Positions 33,407-45,278 of a stretch of DNA of 64,000 bases are shown piece after piece. The position numbers were made by a program, and so were the translations under genes. Source of the stretch: Candidatus Krumholzibacteriota bacterium (GTDB lineage: Bacteria > Krumholzibacteriota > Krumholzibacteriia > JAJRXK01); contig CAVSGG010000009.1 of NCBI GenBank assembly GCA_963727455.1, positions 352,001 through 416,000 on the forward strand, written 5' to 3'. The notes under the pieces were generated by a model. That model made no database searches and was not told where the DNA came from. It saw only the letters and a program-made list of their open reading frames with translations. Each line of letters begins with the position of its first letter. Within the stretch, counting starts at the first letter, position 1.

Positions 33407-34162
33407 TCAAAGTCCTTCTTGCTGGGCGATGAACTCGCGAATGAAAGGGTCGGGAGAAGCCATCAGCTCGTTGAAGCTACCATCGAACACGATTCTACCC
33501 TCTCGCAGCACGGCCACGCTATCGGCAATCTGCTTGGCATCGTTCAATATGTGGGTGACGACGATCGAAGTCACACGAAAGTCGTCATGCAGGCGGGAGA
33601 TCAGCCGCAGCAGTCTGCGAACGCCAATGGGATCGATCCCTGTCGTGGGCTCGTCGAAGAGAATGACTTCGGGACTGCAGACCATCGCGCGCGCGATGGC
33701 GGCCCGCTTGGTCATGCCCCCCGACAACTCGGCAGGCATGAGATCGTAGGCATCAGACAATCCCACGTATTCCAGGCGCTGCCTTACCAGGGGTTCGGCC
33801 TGTTCCAGGGTGAGACCGTGGGTCTCGGTGGTGCAGAAGGCCACGTTCTCCGCCACCGTCATCGAGTCGAAGAGCGCTCCCGCCTGAAAGACCATCCCGA
33901 TGCGGTGCCGGATCGGCTTGAGAGCGGCTTCACTCATCTTGCTGATTTCTTCTCCGAAGATCTCGACGCTGCCGCTGTTGGGACGAATCAAGCCCAGGGC
34001 CAAGCGAAGAATGGTGCTCTTACCTTCGCCGCTTCCGCCCAGAACGACTTTGGTTTCCCCGCGACGCACAAAGAAATCGACTCCCGAGAGAATTTCGCGA
34101 TCCCGGGTGAAGGACAGATGGACGTCCTTCAGTGCGATCACGATCTCGTCTTCCGGCTGCAC
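33407..34162 (-). CDS. mlaF: MlaF-type ABC ATPase
   Basis: GGSGEGKST, MVFQAGALFDS, LSGGMTKRAAIAR, DEPTTGIDP. Confidence 0.9.
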   Translation of the reverse strand: MQPEDEIVIALKDVHLSFTRDREILSGVDFFVRRGETKVVLGGSGEGKSTILRLALGLIRPNSGSVEIFGEEISKMSEAALKPIRHRIGMVFQAGALFDSMTVAENVAFCTTETHGLTLEQAEPLVRQRLEYVGLSDAYDLMPAELSGGMTKRAAIARAMVCSPEVILFDEPTTGIDPIGVRRLLRLISRLHDDFRVTSIVVTHILNDAKQIADSVAVLREGRIVFDGSFNELMASPDPFIREFIAQQEGL

Positions 34163-34213
34163 TGTATGGAGTCGTTGGTCACAAGTTGCTGAGAGTCCGT
34201 CATGTCGTCCTCC

Positions 34214-34995
34214 TCAACCCCCCCAGAGGGTGAGGATGAGCTTGCCCAAAACGAAGTCCGTGGCAAGAACCGTCAGAGTCGATGCCACCACGGCTCGGGT
34301 AGCGCTCTCCCCCACTCCCGCGGCGCCGCCGCGCGTGTAGAGTCCATAATGAGCGCTGATGGATGCGATGATCCATCCGAAGAAGATGGGCTTGATGAAT
34401 CCCACCGCGAGGTCCTTGAACTGCAGAGTGTCCAGGGCCGAATCCCAGTAGAAGGTGCTCGAGGTGTTCAGCAGGGTCACTGCGATCACCCAGCCTCCGA
34501 TCACGCCCATGAGATCGCAAAAGAGAGTCAAGGGCAAGAGGGTGAGGACACTGGCGACCTGGCGTGGCATCACCAGATATTCGATGGGATCGGCTCCGAG
34601 AGCGCGCAGCGCGTCGATCTGATCGGTGACCTTCATCGAACCCAATTCAGCCGCCACCATGGATCCGGTCCGCGCCGCGATCATGATTCCGGCGAGCACG
34701 GGACCGATCTCACGAATGACCCCGATGGCCACGATGCGGCCCATGAGAAGCTTCGCGCCGAACTGCTCCAGCTTGGTTCCCCACTCCATGGCCAAGACGA
34801 GTCCGATGAAGAGTCCGGCCAAGAGCATCACCCAACCGGCGGAACTCCCCAGCGAAAGACCTGCTCCTCGATCCGTTCCCGGTGCTGCCAGGCGTTCCGC
34901 ATGCTCCGCAGCCCGCCGAAGAGAATCTGAGACATGTGCTCAGACTCCTCCACGAAGGAGCGAAACGCGAAGTCGAGAGCTTGCAGGGTATTCAT
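34214..34995 (-). CDS. mlaE: MlaE-type permease (frameshift near 34835)
   Basis: REIGPVL, AAELGSMKVTDQIDAL, GGAAGVGESATRAVV. Confidence 0.9.
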
Positions 34996-35042
34996 GCGGG
35001 TCGGTCTCCGGCGGACTTCGGTGGGGACTTCGGAGAAAAGGA

Positions 35043-35996
35043 TCAGCGTAGGCGGTACTCTACACCCGCGAGCGCCTTGAACCCAAGCTCATCTGGCCGG
35101 ACAAAGCGCGTGGCGCAAGCGCCTCCTCCAGGGTGGCATGGGTGAAAGCTGAATCCCTCGTTTTCGGCGCGAAACGGTAGCGCGCGTGCGCTGGCGAAGC
35201 AGGAGTTCCTCCGCCATCTCACCAAGATGAGTTTCAGGGCGAAACCGGGAATCGGCAGGAACGCCGGACGGTGCAATACCCGGCCCAGGGTCCGCGCGAA
35301 ATCTCGCGAACGCATGGGTTCGGGTGCCACCGCGTTGACCGGTCCTGACTCGCACTCGTGCTGAAGATAGTGGACGATGAGCTTCACCAGGTCCGGCAGA
35401 GCGATCCAGCTCCAGTACTGATCGCCGCCGGCGAGCGGGCCCCCGAGTCCAAAGCGAAAAAAAGGCAGCATGCGGGCGAGGGCCCCACCGTCCGGTGACA
35501 GCACCATGCCGATACGAAGATGGAGGGTGGTGATCCGGGCCCGGCGAGCCGCTTCGGCCGCGGCCTCCCAGGCCGCGCAAGTCTCCGCCAGAGAATCCCC
35601 GGCCGGGCGGGTCCGACTCGGCGCAGAGCTCCTCGCCCCGATCCCCGTAATACCCCACGGCCGAAGCGCAGATGAGGATCCTGGGCTTGACGGGAGAGCC
35701 CAGCCAGCCCCTCCGCCAGGAGCTGCGTGCCCTTCACCCTGCTGTCGCGGATGCGCGCCTTCTTGGCAGGGGTCCAGCGATCGGAGGAGATCGGCTCCCC
35801 CGCGAGATGGATGACGGCATCCTGCCCTTCCAGGGCCTCCGCGTCGATTTCCCCCCTCCGGGGATTCCAGTGGGCACGGCCCGGGACTCGTGCCTCTGTT
35901 CCTCTTGAGCGCCAGGATCTCGTGGCCGAGCGCCGTCAGGCGCTCCGTCAGCGCCTGGCCCAAAAGCCCCGAGGATCCGGTGATTGCGATACGCAC
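35043..35996 (-). CDS. TIGR01777 family NAD-dependent epimerase (YfcH-like), frameshifted
   Basis: [56 protein letters not shown]. Confidence 0.88.
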   Translation of the reverse strand: MRIAITGSSGLLGQALTERLTALGHEILALKRNRGTSPGPCPLESPEGGNRRGGPGRAGCRHPSRGGADLLRSLDPCQEGAHPRQQGEGHAAPGGGAGWALPSSPGSSSALRPWGITGIGARSSAPSRTRPAGDSLAETCAAWEAAAEAARRARITTLHLRIGMVLSPDGGALARMLPFFRFGLGGPLAGGDQYWSWIALPDLVKLIVHYLQHECESGPVNAVAPEPMRSRDFARTLGRVLHRPAFLPIPGFALKLILVRWRRNSCFASARALPFRAENEGFSFHPCHPGGGACATRFVRPDELGFKALAGVEYRLR

Positions 35997-36202
35997 GGTC
36001 GAGTCCTCCCCATTGGAAGTGTGGATCCTCCCCGCGAGGGTAAGAGGGGATCCGGCCGCTGGCCAGTTTGGACATGGCCCGGCGGCCCCCTAGTATTGGG
36101 GGGCAAATTCAACGGATCTGGGAGCGTGAAGCGTTCACGCCGAGGGGAACTCTCAGAGTGTCTTCTCCCGCTCGGCAGAACCCGATTGTGAAAGGTCGGA
36201 CC

Positions 36203-37520
36203 ATGGCGAAGAAAGTGTTGATCATGGGCGCGGCGGGGAAAGATTTCCACGTCTTCAATACACTTTACCGGAACAACGACTCCGTCGAGGTCGTTGCGTT
36301 CACTGCGACCCAGATTCCCGGCATCGAGGATCGGCGCTATCCGGCCGTACTCGCGGGGCCAGGCTATCCCGAGGGTATTCCCATCGAAGCCGAGGAAGAT
36401 CTGGAAAAGCTGATCGCCCAGCACAAGGTCGAGCACGTGGTTTTCGCCTATAGCGACGTGAGTTACGAATACGTCGACGGCAAGCGCAAGATCGTCGAGG
36501 CGGCCGGCGCGAGTTTCGAAACCGCCCCCGCCAAGAAGGTCATGATCGAGAGCACGAAGCCGGTGGTTGCGGTCTGTGCAGTACGGACCGGCTGCGGAAA
36601 GAGTCAAACTACCCGCTACATCGCCAATGCCCTGCAGGAGCTGGGGCTCAAAGTGGCGGCCATTCGGCACCCCATGCCCTACGGCGATCTCGCCAAGCAG
36701 GCGGTGCAGCGCTTCGCGAGCATCGATGACCTCAAGAAGCACGAGTGCACCATCGAGGAGATGGAAGAGTACGAACCGCACATCGCCAACGGCATTCTCG
36801 TGTTCGCCGGCGTGGACTACGAAGCCATCCTGCGCGAGGCGGAAAAGGAAGCCGATGTCATCCTGTGGGATGGCGGCAACAACGATACCCCCTTCTACAA
36901 GCCCGACCTCCACATCACCATCGTCGATCCTCATCGTCCGGGTCATGAACTCAGCTACTATCCGGGACGCGAGAACATGGAGATGGCCGACCTCATCATC
37001 TTCAACAAGATGGATTCGGCGGATCCCGCCAACGTGGCCAAGGTCGAAGCCAGCGTGAAGGAGCACAACCCCAGGGCGAAAGTCGTCTACGCGGAGAGTC
37101 CGGTGACCGTGGCCGATCCTTCGGTCATCAAGAACAAGCGCGTGCTCGTCGTCGAGGATGGACCCACCTTGACTCACGGCGGCATGAAGTACGGCGCCGG
37201 CGTGATCGCCGCGAAAGCGGTGGGCGTGAGCGAGATGGTGGACCCAAGGCCTTTTACCGTGGGGACCCTCAGCGCGACTTTCGAAAAATATCCGGAGATC
37301 GGAGTGCTTCTTCCCGCCATGGGATACAGCGGACAGCAAGTGCGCGATCTGCAGACCACGATCAACGCCACCGATTGTGACGCGGTGATCGTGGGAACTC
37401 CCATCGATCTGAGCCGGATCGTGAAGATCGACAAACCCTATACGCGGGTCACCTACGACCTGAAGCCGATCAAGGGCCCCAATCTGAAGGAGCTTGGTGG
37501 CAGCCGCCGTCAAGCGCTAG
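36203..37520 (+). CDS. P-loop ligase of the cyclic-2,3-diphosphoglycerate synthetase / arginine synthetase (ArcE) family
   Basis: IMGAAGKDFH, AFTATQIP, AVRTGCGKSQT, RHPMPYG, WDGGNND, EDGPTLTHGGM. Removing one extra G near 37496 gives KELVAAAVKR* ending at 37520. Confidence 0.85.
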
Positions 37521-38869
37521 CGCGCGGACTCAGGCCGTGTCTTGAGCTCGTAAGCCATGAGCATGGCCATTTCCAGCGCTTGTTCATAATTGAGGCGGGG
37601 ATCGACCGTGCTCTGGTAGGCGCGTTCGAGATCCGCCTCATTCAAGCCCCTGGCTCCCCCCACGCACTCGGTGACGTCTTCGCCCGTCAGCTCCAGGTGA
37701 ACACCCGCCAGGAGCGTGCCCATTTTTTCGTGGATGGCGAAGGCTCGCTTGGTTTCGCCCATGATCTTCTCGAAGCGGCGGGTCTTGTGCCCGTTCGGCG
37801 TGCGTTCGGTGTTGCCGTGCATCGGATCACAGCACCACACCACGGTCTTTCCGCTGCGGCGCACAGCTTCGATGATCCGGGGAAGATGTTCGTCGATGAA
37901 ATCCACGCCCAGGCGGTGGATGAGAGTGAGACGTCCGGGCTCGTCCTGCGGATGGAGAATCTCCAGAAGCTCCGCGATCCACTCGTCGCTGGTTTCCACT
38001 CCCACCTTGACCGCGATGGGATTGCGGATGCCCCGGAAGTACTCCACGTGCGCGCCTTCGGGATCGGAGGTGCGCAATCCAATCCATGGAAAGTGCGTGG
38101 CCAGGTTGTAGTAGCCGCTGCGACGCGGGACGGTTCTCGTCTGTGCCTGCTCGTAGTACAGCGCGAGTCCCTCGTGACTCGTGTAAATTTCCGCCCGGCG
38201 CATGTTGTTGACTCGCGTCTCGAGCACGTTTTCCATGAATTCCACGGAATCTCGAATGGACTGGACGATGGCCTCGTACTTTTCCTTCGAGCTCGAGTGC
38301 TTCACGAAATCTAGTTTCCAGTATTCGGGATGGTGGAGATCGGCGAATCCGCCTTCCGCCAGCGCCCGCATGAAATTGAGGGTGAGCGCGGCGTGCTCAT
38401 AGCCCCGGAGCAACAGATTGGGGTCGGGAGTGCGATCCTCGGCCGTGAAGCCGTTGCGATTGACCAGGTCACCACGATAGGCGGGCAGGCTCAGCTCCCC
38501 GCGGCGCTCTTGATCCCTGCTGCGCGGCTTGGCGTATTGACCGGCGATCCTTCCCACGCGCACCAGTTTCTTCTTGGTGCCGTGCACGAGAACCAAACTC
38601 ATCTGCAGGAGGATCTTGAGCTGCGCGGTGATGGCATCCGCGGCGCAGGAATCGAAACTCTCCGCGCAATCCCCCCCCTGTAGCAAGAACACCTCACCCC
38701 GAGCCGCGGCGGCGAGTTTCTGCTTCAGGGTCTCGACCTCCCAGGAGGTGACGAGCGGCGGCAATTTCGCCAGCTGCTGAACCACACTCGAGAGCGCCTC
38801 CGTGTCGGGATAACTCGGTTGCTGGATGGCGCGCTTGGCTTGCCAGGAATTTGGAGTCCACTCTCGCAT
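37517..38869 (-). CDS. 3-deoxy-7-phosphoheptulonate (DAHP) synthase class II
   Basis: WTPNSWQAK..QQPSY, LQGGDCAESF, GRIAGQYAKPRS, YTSHE, CDPMHGNT, DPRLN. Confidence 0.95.
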   Translation of the reverse strand: MREWTPNSWQAKRAIQQPSYPDTEALSSVVQQLAKLPPLVTSWEVETLKQKLAAAARGEVFLLQGGDCAESFDSCAADAITAQLKILLQMSLVLVHGTKKKLVRVGRIAGQYAKPRSRDQERRGELSLPAYRGDLVNRNGFTAEDRTPDPNLLLRGYEHAALTLNFMRALAEGGFADLHHPEYWKLDFVKHSSSKEKYEAIVQSIRDSVEFMENVLETRVNNMRRAEIYTSHEGLALYYEQAQTRTVPRRSGYYNLATHFPWIGLRTSDPEGAHVEYFRGIRNPIAVKVGVETSDEWIAELLEILHPQDEPGRLTLIHRLGVDFIDEHLPRIIEAVRRSGKTVVWCCDPMHGNTERTPNGHKTRRFEKIMGETKRAFAIHEKMGTLLAGVHLELTGEDVTECVGGARGLNEADLERAYQSTVDPRLNYEQALEMAMLMAYELKTRPESAR

Positions 38870-38969
38870 GATCGAACCGGTCGCTAGGTCGAAATTCTGC
38901 ATCTTCAGGTGAAGCTGAGGATCAGCATACACGTTCCGCGCGGCTTCTTGCGAACCCGGGGATACCCTA

Positions 38970-41078
38970 TCAATCGCCAAATTCAGCGTTGATGCCCACT
39001 CGCAGCGTTCTTCCGGGCTCGGGCAGCCCGAGCTGCGAGTAGAGAAGCGTATCGAAGACGTTGTCCACGCGCAGATAGAGCTCTGTCGAATCGAGCCAGC
39101 TCGAGGTCGAAACGAACTCCCAACTCGCGCGGAGGTTCCATTGAATCTGCGCGGGAAGCTCTCGCAGCTCACCCGCGTCCAGATCCTGGCTGAAACGGCC
39201 GCCGGTGGCGATAGCTTCCGCCGCCAGGCGCGCGCCGAAGCGCCAGCGTTGACTGAGCTCGAGATAGCTCAAAAACGAGGGGCGGTCCTCGACATGGGCG
39301 CTGAAGGAGCCGTTCTCCTTGGCTCTGGAATGCAGGAAGGAGTGGTGCGCCTGCACCCGCGCGCCGGGATAGGGCCGCCAGGTGGCGCCCAATTCCAAGC
39401 CGAGCACGCGCACTTCATCCGCGTTGACGCGCATGAACTTTCCGCCGGGGAGGCTCTGCTTTTCGATTCCGTCGAATGTGAAGTTGCAGAAGGTTGAACT
39501 GGACAGAGACCAGCGCCGGCCCTGCAAGGTACCTCCGAGTTCGAGAGAGTTCTGGTCCTCAGGTTTCAGATCCAGGTTGGGCTCGAAGCGGCCCAGAGCT
39601 CCCGAATAGAGCTCGCGCAGGGAGGGAAAACGGCTGCGCGCGCGCAGCCTGCAGGTAAAGGCTGCCGCGAGCGGAGAGGGCCTTGCTCGCGCGGACGCTC
39701 AAGGCAGGAGCGGCCTGCGGCGCGCGCGCGGGTTTGTCGCCAGTCTGCGGCGTGCTTGCGGCGTCCACGCCAGCGCCCAGTCGCAAGGCCACACCCTGCT
39801 TCGGCCGAAGCTCGTATTGCAGTCGCGGCCTGTGAAAGCCACTCGCTGAAGCGCTGCTCCGGTCCCTCGTAGACGAGACTCTCGGCGTGACGCGTGTAGC
39901 GCGAGCTTCCCACGAGGCTGAGGTGATCGGACTCGCCGAGACGGCGATCGAGTCTGCAAGCGGAGAAACCCGGTGGCATCGTCGTCCGTCTCGTAGTCCA
40001 CTCCGGGGGTCAAAGCGGGCGAATCGTAGCCGGCGTCGTCAAAGGCGCGAATTTCCTGATGGAAAGCGATCCAGCGAGGCATTCAGATCGGCCTTCCAGC
40101 GATCTCCTTCCGAGGGTCGCAGCTTCACCGCGAGCCCGAGCAGCCCGCGCTGGATCTTCGGGTACCTCCAGAATCGGGCGTCCTGGATGTGGTCCTCGGG
40201 AGGCACCGAACGCGAAGCATCATAGCCCTGCAAGTACAATGCGACGCGGCTGCCGTTTTGCCAGTTGCGTCCGAGCTTCACGAGAGCACTGCTGCGTTCG
40301 AACGCGCTGTTGGTGCGGGTCCGCCTTCCCACTTCCTGGTGGAATCCGGGCTGATAGTCTTTGGGCAAAAGGAAGCCATCACGCGTTTCGCGCGCGATGG
40401 AGGCCGCGCCCTCCCAGCGAGCGAGGCCCAGGTGACGAGCACCCTCGCCCCGATGGAGATTGGCTTCGCCGAGACTCGCGCGCAGACTCTGCTCCGAGCC
40501 GGGGGATCTCTGCTCGCGGGTCTTCAGCTCCACCATTCCCGCGACGGAATTGGGCGGAGAGAGCACGCTCCCCGTCCCGCGGGTGACCGCAACCTCGTCG
40601 ATGGCCAGGGAGGGCAAAAGGGAGAGATCGGCGCGCTCGTCCCAGGGCAGAGTGAGCGGGATTCCATCCTGCTGAATCACGATCTGTCGCTCGGGGGCGC
40701 CGCGCAGCATCAGGACCGTCTCACCGCGCGAATTGGTCGCCGCGCGCGCGTCTGGCACCAGAGGAACGAAGTCGGCCACGGTGAGCGCGTCGCGCTCCTT
40801 GCAGGCGCGTCGGACTGAGCTCCTGTTTCTCCGGTTCTTTCTGCGGCGAGATGATCGTCGCCGCGGACTTCACGCACCGGCAAAAGCACGCGGCCGCCGC
40901 GCGCGTCAGGGATGACGATACTGGAATCGGCGGGAGCCAGGAGCGAATCCGGCTGGGCAAGGGTCGAATCTGCGAAAATCGGAAGGGGAGTCGAGTCGGC
41001 GCTGGTGCCCTGCGCGTGGGCGCTCGAAGCAGCGAGAAGAATGGCGATGAAAGCGAGCGAGAACGTTCTCGACCACAT
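38970..41078 (-). CDS. TonB-dependent receptor, multiply frameshifted
   Basis: Signal peptide; plug TNSRGET..LRG..QDGIPL..DLSLLP..VTRG; NLDLKPE-like segment; C-terminal RVDNVFD..GLPEPGRTLRVG. Confidence 0.82.
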
Positions 41079-42254
41079 CTAGAAAGCATCCCTTCCCGTG
41101 AGCCCTCTGCCGAGAATGAGGGTGTGGACTTCGTGGGTTCCTTCGTAAGTATAAACAGATTCCAGGTTCATGGCGTGTCGGATGGAGGCGTAATCCAGAG
41201 TGATCCCGTTTGCGCCCAGGATGGACCGGCAAGTGCGCGCGGCCTCGAGCGCCATTCGCACGCAATTTCGCTTCACGAGAGAGACCATCGCGGGAGCGAG
41301 CTTGCCCTGGTCCTTCATTCGCGCATAGTGGATCACCGCGAGCTGGCTCAACGCGATGTTCTCCGCCGTGTCCACCAGTTGCTTCTGGATGAGTTGCTTT
41401 TCTGCGATCGGCTTGCCAAAGGCCTTGCGCTGCAGTGCATACTCGAGCGCCTCTTCGAAACAGGCGCGCGCGGCGCCGACGGCGCCGAAAGCGATGCCAA
41501 AACGGGCCTGGTTGAGACAACTCAGAGGACTTCCCAGTCCCTTGGACTTGGGCAGCAACGCGCTCTTGGGCACGCGCGCTTCATTCAGAACGATCTCACC
41601 CGTCTTCGATGCTCTGAGCGACATCTTGTGGTGTTGCTCGGGCGCAGAGTATCCGGGGGAATCGGCTTCCACCACGAAACCGCGGATGTCGCTGGCCGCG
41701 TCTCCGTCGAGCTTGGCCCATACGATGGCCAGATCGGCGATGGGCGAATTGGTGATCCACATCTTGTTGCCGCTCAAGACGTAGGAATTTCCATCGCTGA
41801 CGGCACGGCTGGACATGGCTCCCGGATCGCTCCCCGCATTCGGCTCGGTGAGCCCGAAGCAACCCACCAGCTCTCCACTGGCCATCTTGGGCAGGTACTT
41901 CTCCTTCTGCTCCTCGCTGCCGAAACGGTGAATGGGGTACATGCACAGAGAGCCCTGCACCGAAGCGAAGCTCCTTAATCCGCTGTCACCGTATTCGAGT
42001 TCCTGCATGGCAAGGCCGTAGGCCACGTTGTTCAGACCGGCGCAGCCGTATCCCGTCAGATTCGTTCCCAGAAGTCCCAGCTCACCCATGGTCGTGGCGA
42101 GCTCCAGTGGGAACTCCGCATTCTCGTAAAGCTCAGCTGCACGCGGCAAATAGCGATCGGCCACGAAACGGCGAGTCGACTCTCGCACGAGGCGCTCCTC
42201 GTCGCTCAGCAAATCTTCGATGACGACAAGTTCGTCCAGTGAAATGGTGTCCAT
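41079..42254 (-). CDS. Acyl-CoA dehydrogenase, glutaryl-CoA dehydrogenase-like
   Basis: DSGLRSFASVQGSL, GCFGLTEP, KMWITN, HKMSLRAS, LESVYTYEGTHEVH. Confidence 0.9.
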   Translation of the reverse strand: MDTISLDELVVIEDLLSDEERLVRESTRRFVADRYLPRAAELYENAEFPLELATTMGELGLLGTNLTGYGCAGLNNVAYGLAMQELEYGDSGLRSFASVQGSLCMYPIHRFGSEEQKEKYLPKMASGELVGCFGLTEPNAGSDPGAMSSRAVSDGNSYVLSGNKMWITNSPIADLAIVWAKLDGDAASDIRGFVVEADSPGYSAPEQHHKMSLRASKTGEIVLNEARVPKSALLPKSKGLGSPLSCLNQARFGIAFGAVGAARACFEEALEYALQRKAFGKPIAEKQLIQKQLVDTAENIALSQLAVIHYARMKDQGKLAPAMVSLVKRNCVRMALEAARTCRSILGANGITLDYASIRHAMNLESVYTYEGTHEVHTLILGRGLTGRDAF

Positions 42255-42309
42255 GAAACTTCTCCACCTTTTGGTGTGTGGAAGGCGCCGAACTCGCGCT
42301 CCCGCTCGC

Positions 42310-44272
42310 TCAGAGTTCTACTTCGACCCCGATCTCCAAGACACGGCCGGCCGGGATCTTGAAGTACGACGCGGCAGTTTGCGCGTTGCGGGAAATCACT
42401 GCGAAGAGCCACTCGCGCCAGATCGCCATGCCGCGCCTCTTGGTGGGCAGCAGCGTCTCCCGGCCCAAGACGAAGGTCGTCTGGTCCAAAGAATACTCGA
42501 AGCCGCGTCCCTTGGCAGTCGTGAGCAGGCGAGGCACGTTCACGGTATCCATGAATCCGTAGCGGCCGATGAGCCGGTAGATCCCGTTGCCGAGGTCTTC
42601 CAGTTCGAGACGTCTCGTAGCGGGAACTCGCGGCGTATCCTCGATCACGACCGTGAGCAGGATGGCCCTCTCGTGCAGCACGTGATTGTGCCCGAGGTTG
42701 TGCATGAGGGAGTGGGGCGCGATCTCCGGCTGGCTCGTCATGTAAACCGCGGTCCCTGGAACCCGCTGCGGGGAGTCCTTCTTGATTTGCTTCAAGAAAT
42801 CCTCCACGGGAACCGTTCCCTCGTTCAGACGCGAAGCCAGAATTTCCCTTCCGCGTTTCCAGGTCGACATCAGAGTGAAGATCAGCATTCCGACGAGCAA
42901 CGGGAACCATCCCCCGTACTCGACTTTGATGATGTTGGCGCCGAAGAACGCCAAGTCCGCCACCAGGAAGGAACCCGTGAGCAACATGGAACTCCACATC
43001 GGCCAGCTGCCACCGCTCACGGCAGACGAAATAGAAGATGATCGAGGTGATGACCATGGTGGTAGTCACCGCGACTCCGTAGGCGGCTGCGAGGTTGTCG
43101 GAGGTCTTGAAGCCCAAGACCAGACCGATGGTGCAGAGCATGAGCATCCAGTTGACCGAGGGCACGTAGATCTGTCCGATCTCTTCTTCACTGGTATGCC
43201 GAATTTCGACGCGAGGACTGAAGCCGAGCTGAACCAGCTGTCCCGCCATGGAAAAGGAACCGGAGATCACGGCCTGGGAGGCGATGATCGTCGCCGCGGT
43301 AGAGAGAATGACCAGAGGAATCAAGGCCCAGCCCGGGGCGAGCAGAAAGAACGGATTGCGGACCGCGTCGGGATTGGTGAGGAGGACTCCTCCTTGACCG
43401 AAATAATTGAGGAGCAACCCGGGTAGAACCACGGTGAACCAGGCGACGCGTATGGGCCGCGGGCCGAAGTGCCCCATGTCCGCGTAGAGGGCCTCCCCTC
43501 CCGTCACCACCAGGAAGACGGTGCCCAGGGTGAGCAGCCCGGGAATCTTGTTCACGATGAAGAAGTTCACCGCATGCGTGGGATTCAAAGCAGCTAGAAC
43601 CTGAGGGGCACGGAGGATGCCGTGCACACCGAGCACCATGAGCACGAGAAACCAGCCGAACACCACGGGCCCGAAGAGCGAGCCAACCCCCGCCGTTCCC
43701 TTTCTCTGCAGGAGGAAGAGTCCCGCCAGGAGCACGATGGTCATGGGCACCACGTAAGAGGAAAACACCGGCGCCGCGATCTCGAGCCCCTCCACCGCGC
43801 TGAGCACCGAGATCGCGGGCGTGATCATGCCGTCCCCGAAGAGCAGCGCTCCGCCGAAGAGCCCCAAGAAGACGAGAAGCCAGTGGGTTCTCCTCCTCTC
43901 GTTGCCTTTTGGCAGCAGAATGGCGATGAGTGCGATGATCCCGCCCTCCCCGTCATTGTCCGCCCGCATGATGAAGATCAGGTACTTGAGCGAGATGACC
44001 CAGATGAGCGACCAGAAGATCAAAGAGAGTACGCCCAGCACGTTCTCGTTGCTGATCGGAATTCCGTACTCGCCCCGGAAACAGACGCGGATCGCGTAGA
44101 GAGGACTGGTTCCGATGTCCCCGAACACCACCCCCATGGCCAGAAGCGAAAGCACCAGGAGACGCCGGTTCGTCGGTGGCCCTTCCTCGGCGCGATCCTT
44201 GGAACCGTTCGTCTCCTTGGTAGCCGGCTTCTCCTCTTTGGACTTTGATTCCTTCGAGCGCTTCTTTGCCAT
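42310..44272 (-). CDS. kup: KUP/HAK/KT potassium transporter (frameshift near 43000)
   Basis: GVVFGDIGTSPLY, ADNDGEGG, TPAISVLSAVEG, EALYADMGHFG, GQIYVP / GGWFPL..RYGFMD. Confidence 0.95.
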
Positions 44273-44322
44273 CTCCATCCTTCACCCAGGTTCGAAGCCG
44301 GTCCGCTGCAGCAAGGAGCGTT

Positions 44323-44985
44323 CTATCCCTGGCGCTCCTTGGCCGCCTTCTTGAGCTTGTCGTTCGCCATGATGGCGATTTCCACTCTGCGATTCGCCTG
44401 TCGACCTTCGACGGTGCTGTTGTCCGCAATCGGCTGGGATTCCCCATAGCCCATGATCGTAAAGCGAGTCGGGTCGACGTCGAGTCCCGTGATGTAGTTT
44501 GCGGTGGCCTGCGCCCGGGCAACCGAGAGGCTCAAATTGTGTTCCTCGGTACCGGTGGCGTCGGTGTGACCTTCCACCAGAATGTTGGTGTCGGGATATT
44601 TCTTCAGGATGACGGCGAGCTCGCGCAAATTGTCCTTGGCCACGGGCCGCAACTCCGCCTTGTCGGTATCGAAGAGAATTCCCGAGTTGAAGGTGATCTT
44701 GATCCCCTCCCCCACTCGCTCGACCTTGGCGTTCTGCAGGTCCTGCTGCATCTCCTTGGCCTGCTCATCCATGTAGTGCCCGATGTAGGCACCGGCCGCG
44801 CCCCCGACTGCACCACCGATGATGGCGCCCAGAAGGGTGTTGCCGGCCGCGTGTCCCACCACTGCTCCGGCGGCAGCACCGGAGGCGGTGCCCACGGCGG
44901 CGCCTTTCTGCGTCCGGCTCATGCTGGCGCAAGCTACTGCGTTGACCAGGAGAAGTACGATCAGCGCGTATCGAATGGTCTTCAT
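44323..44985 (-). CDS. OmpA family lipoprotein with glycine zipper
   Basis: Lipobox AVAC, GAxxG repeats, VEGHTD..NLSLS..RA, NRRVEI. Confidence 0.92.
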   Translation of the reverse strand: MKTIRYALIVLLLVNAVACASMSRTQKGAAVGTASGAAAGAVVGHAAGNTLLGAIIGGAVGGAAGAYIGHYMDEQAKEMQQDLQNAKVERVGEGIKITFNSGILFDTDKAELRPVAKDNLRELAVILKKYPDTNILVEGHTDATGTEEHNLSLSVARAQATANYITGLDVDPTRFTIMGYGESQPIADNSTVEGRQANRRVEIAIMANDKLKKAAKERQG

Positions 44986-45278
44986 GGCTCTACTCCCTGA
45001 CCGAAGTGTCTTTGGGGAACGAAATGCTCTCGCCGAGAGACTGAGAGTCTGGACGAGTAAGGCTAAAGGGACGAATGTGCAACCAGGGGATACTACCCCG
45101 AGATGCGTCCGCTAGGCGAGTAGATCTTGCGGGATGGCGCGATTGCGCGCCGATTTCCAATTCCGGACCGGCTGGTGCGCTCCGAAACAAAGTGGGAAGA
45201 TTAGCGAGAATTGCCTACTTTTGACAACGCAGTTCGACGAGTCAGATCGATGACTGAGCGTGATGGAGGTAAGACCCG

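Noticed and set aside
36023-36053. GGATCC-flanked stem-loop in a divergent intergenic region
   Set aside because: Single imperfect copy with no recognisable RNA family or repeat elsewhere.
36068-38314. Apparent 748-aa extended ligase
   Set aside because: The extension is antisense to DAHP synthase and results from one extra G near 37496.
44986-45278. Long intergenic region as a possible riboswitch or sRNA
   Set aside because: No recognisable conserved motif; it is adequately explained by divergent promoters.
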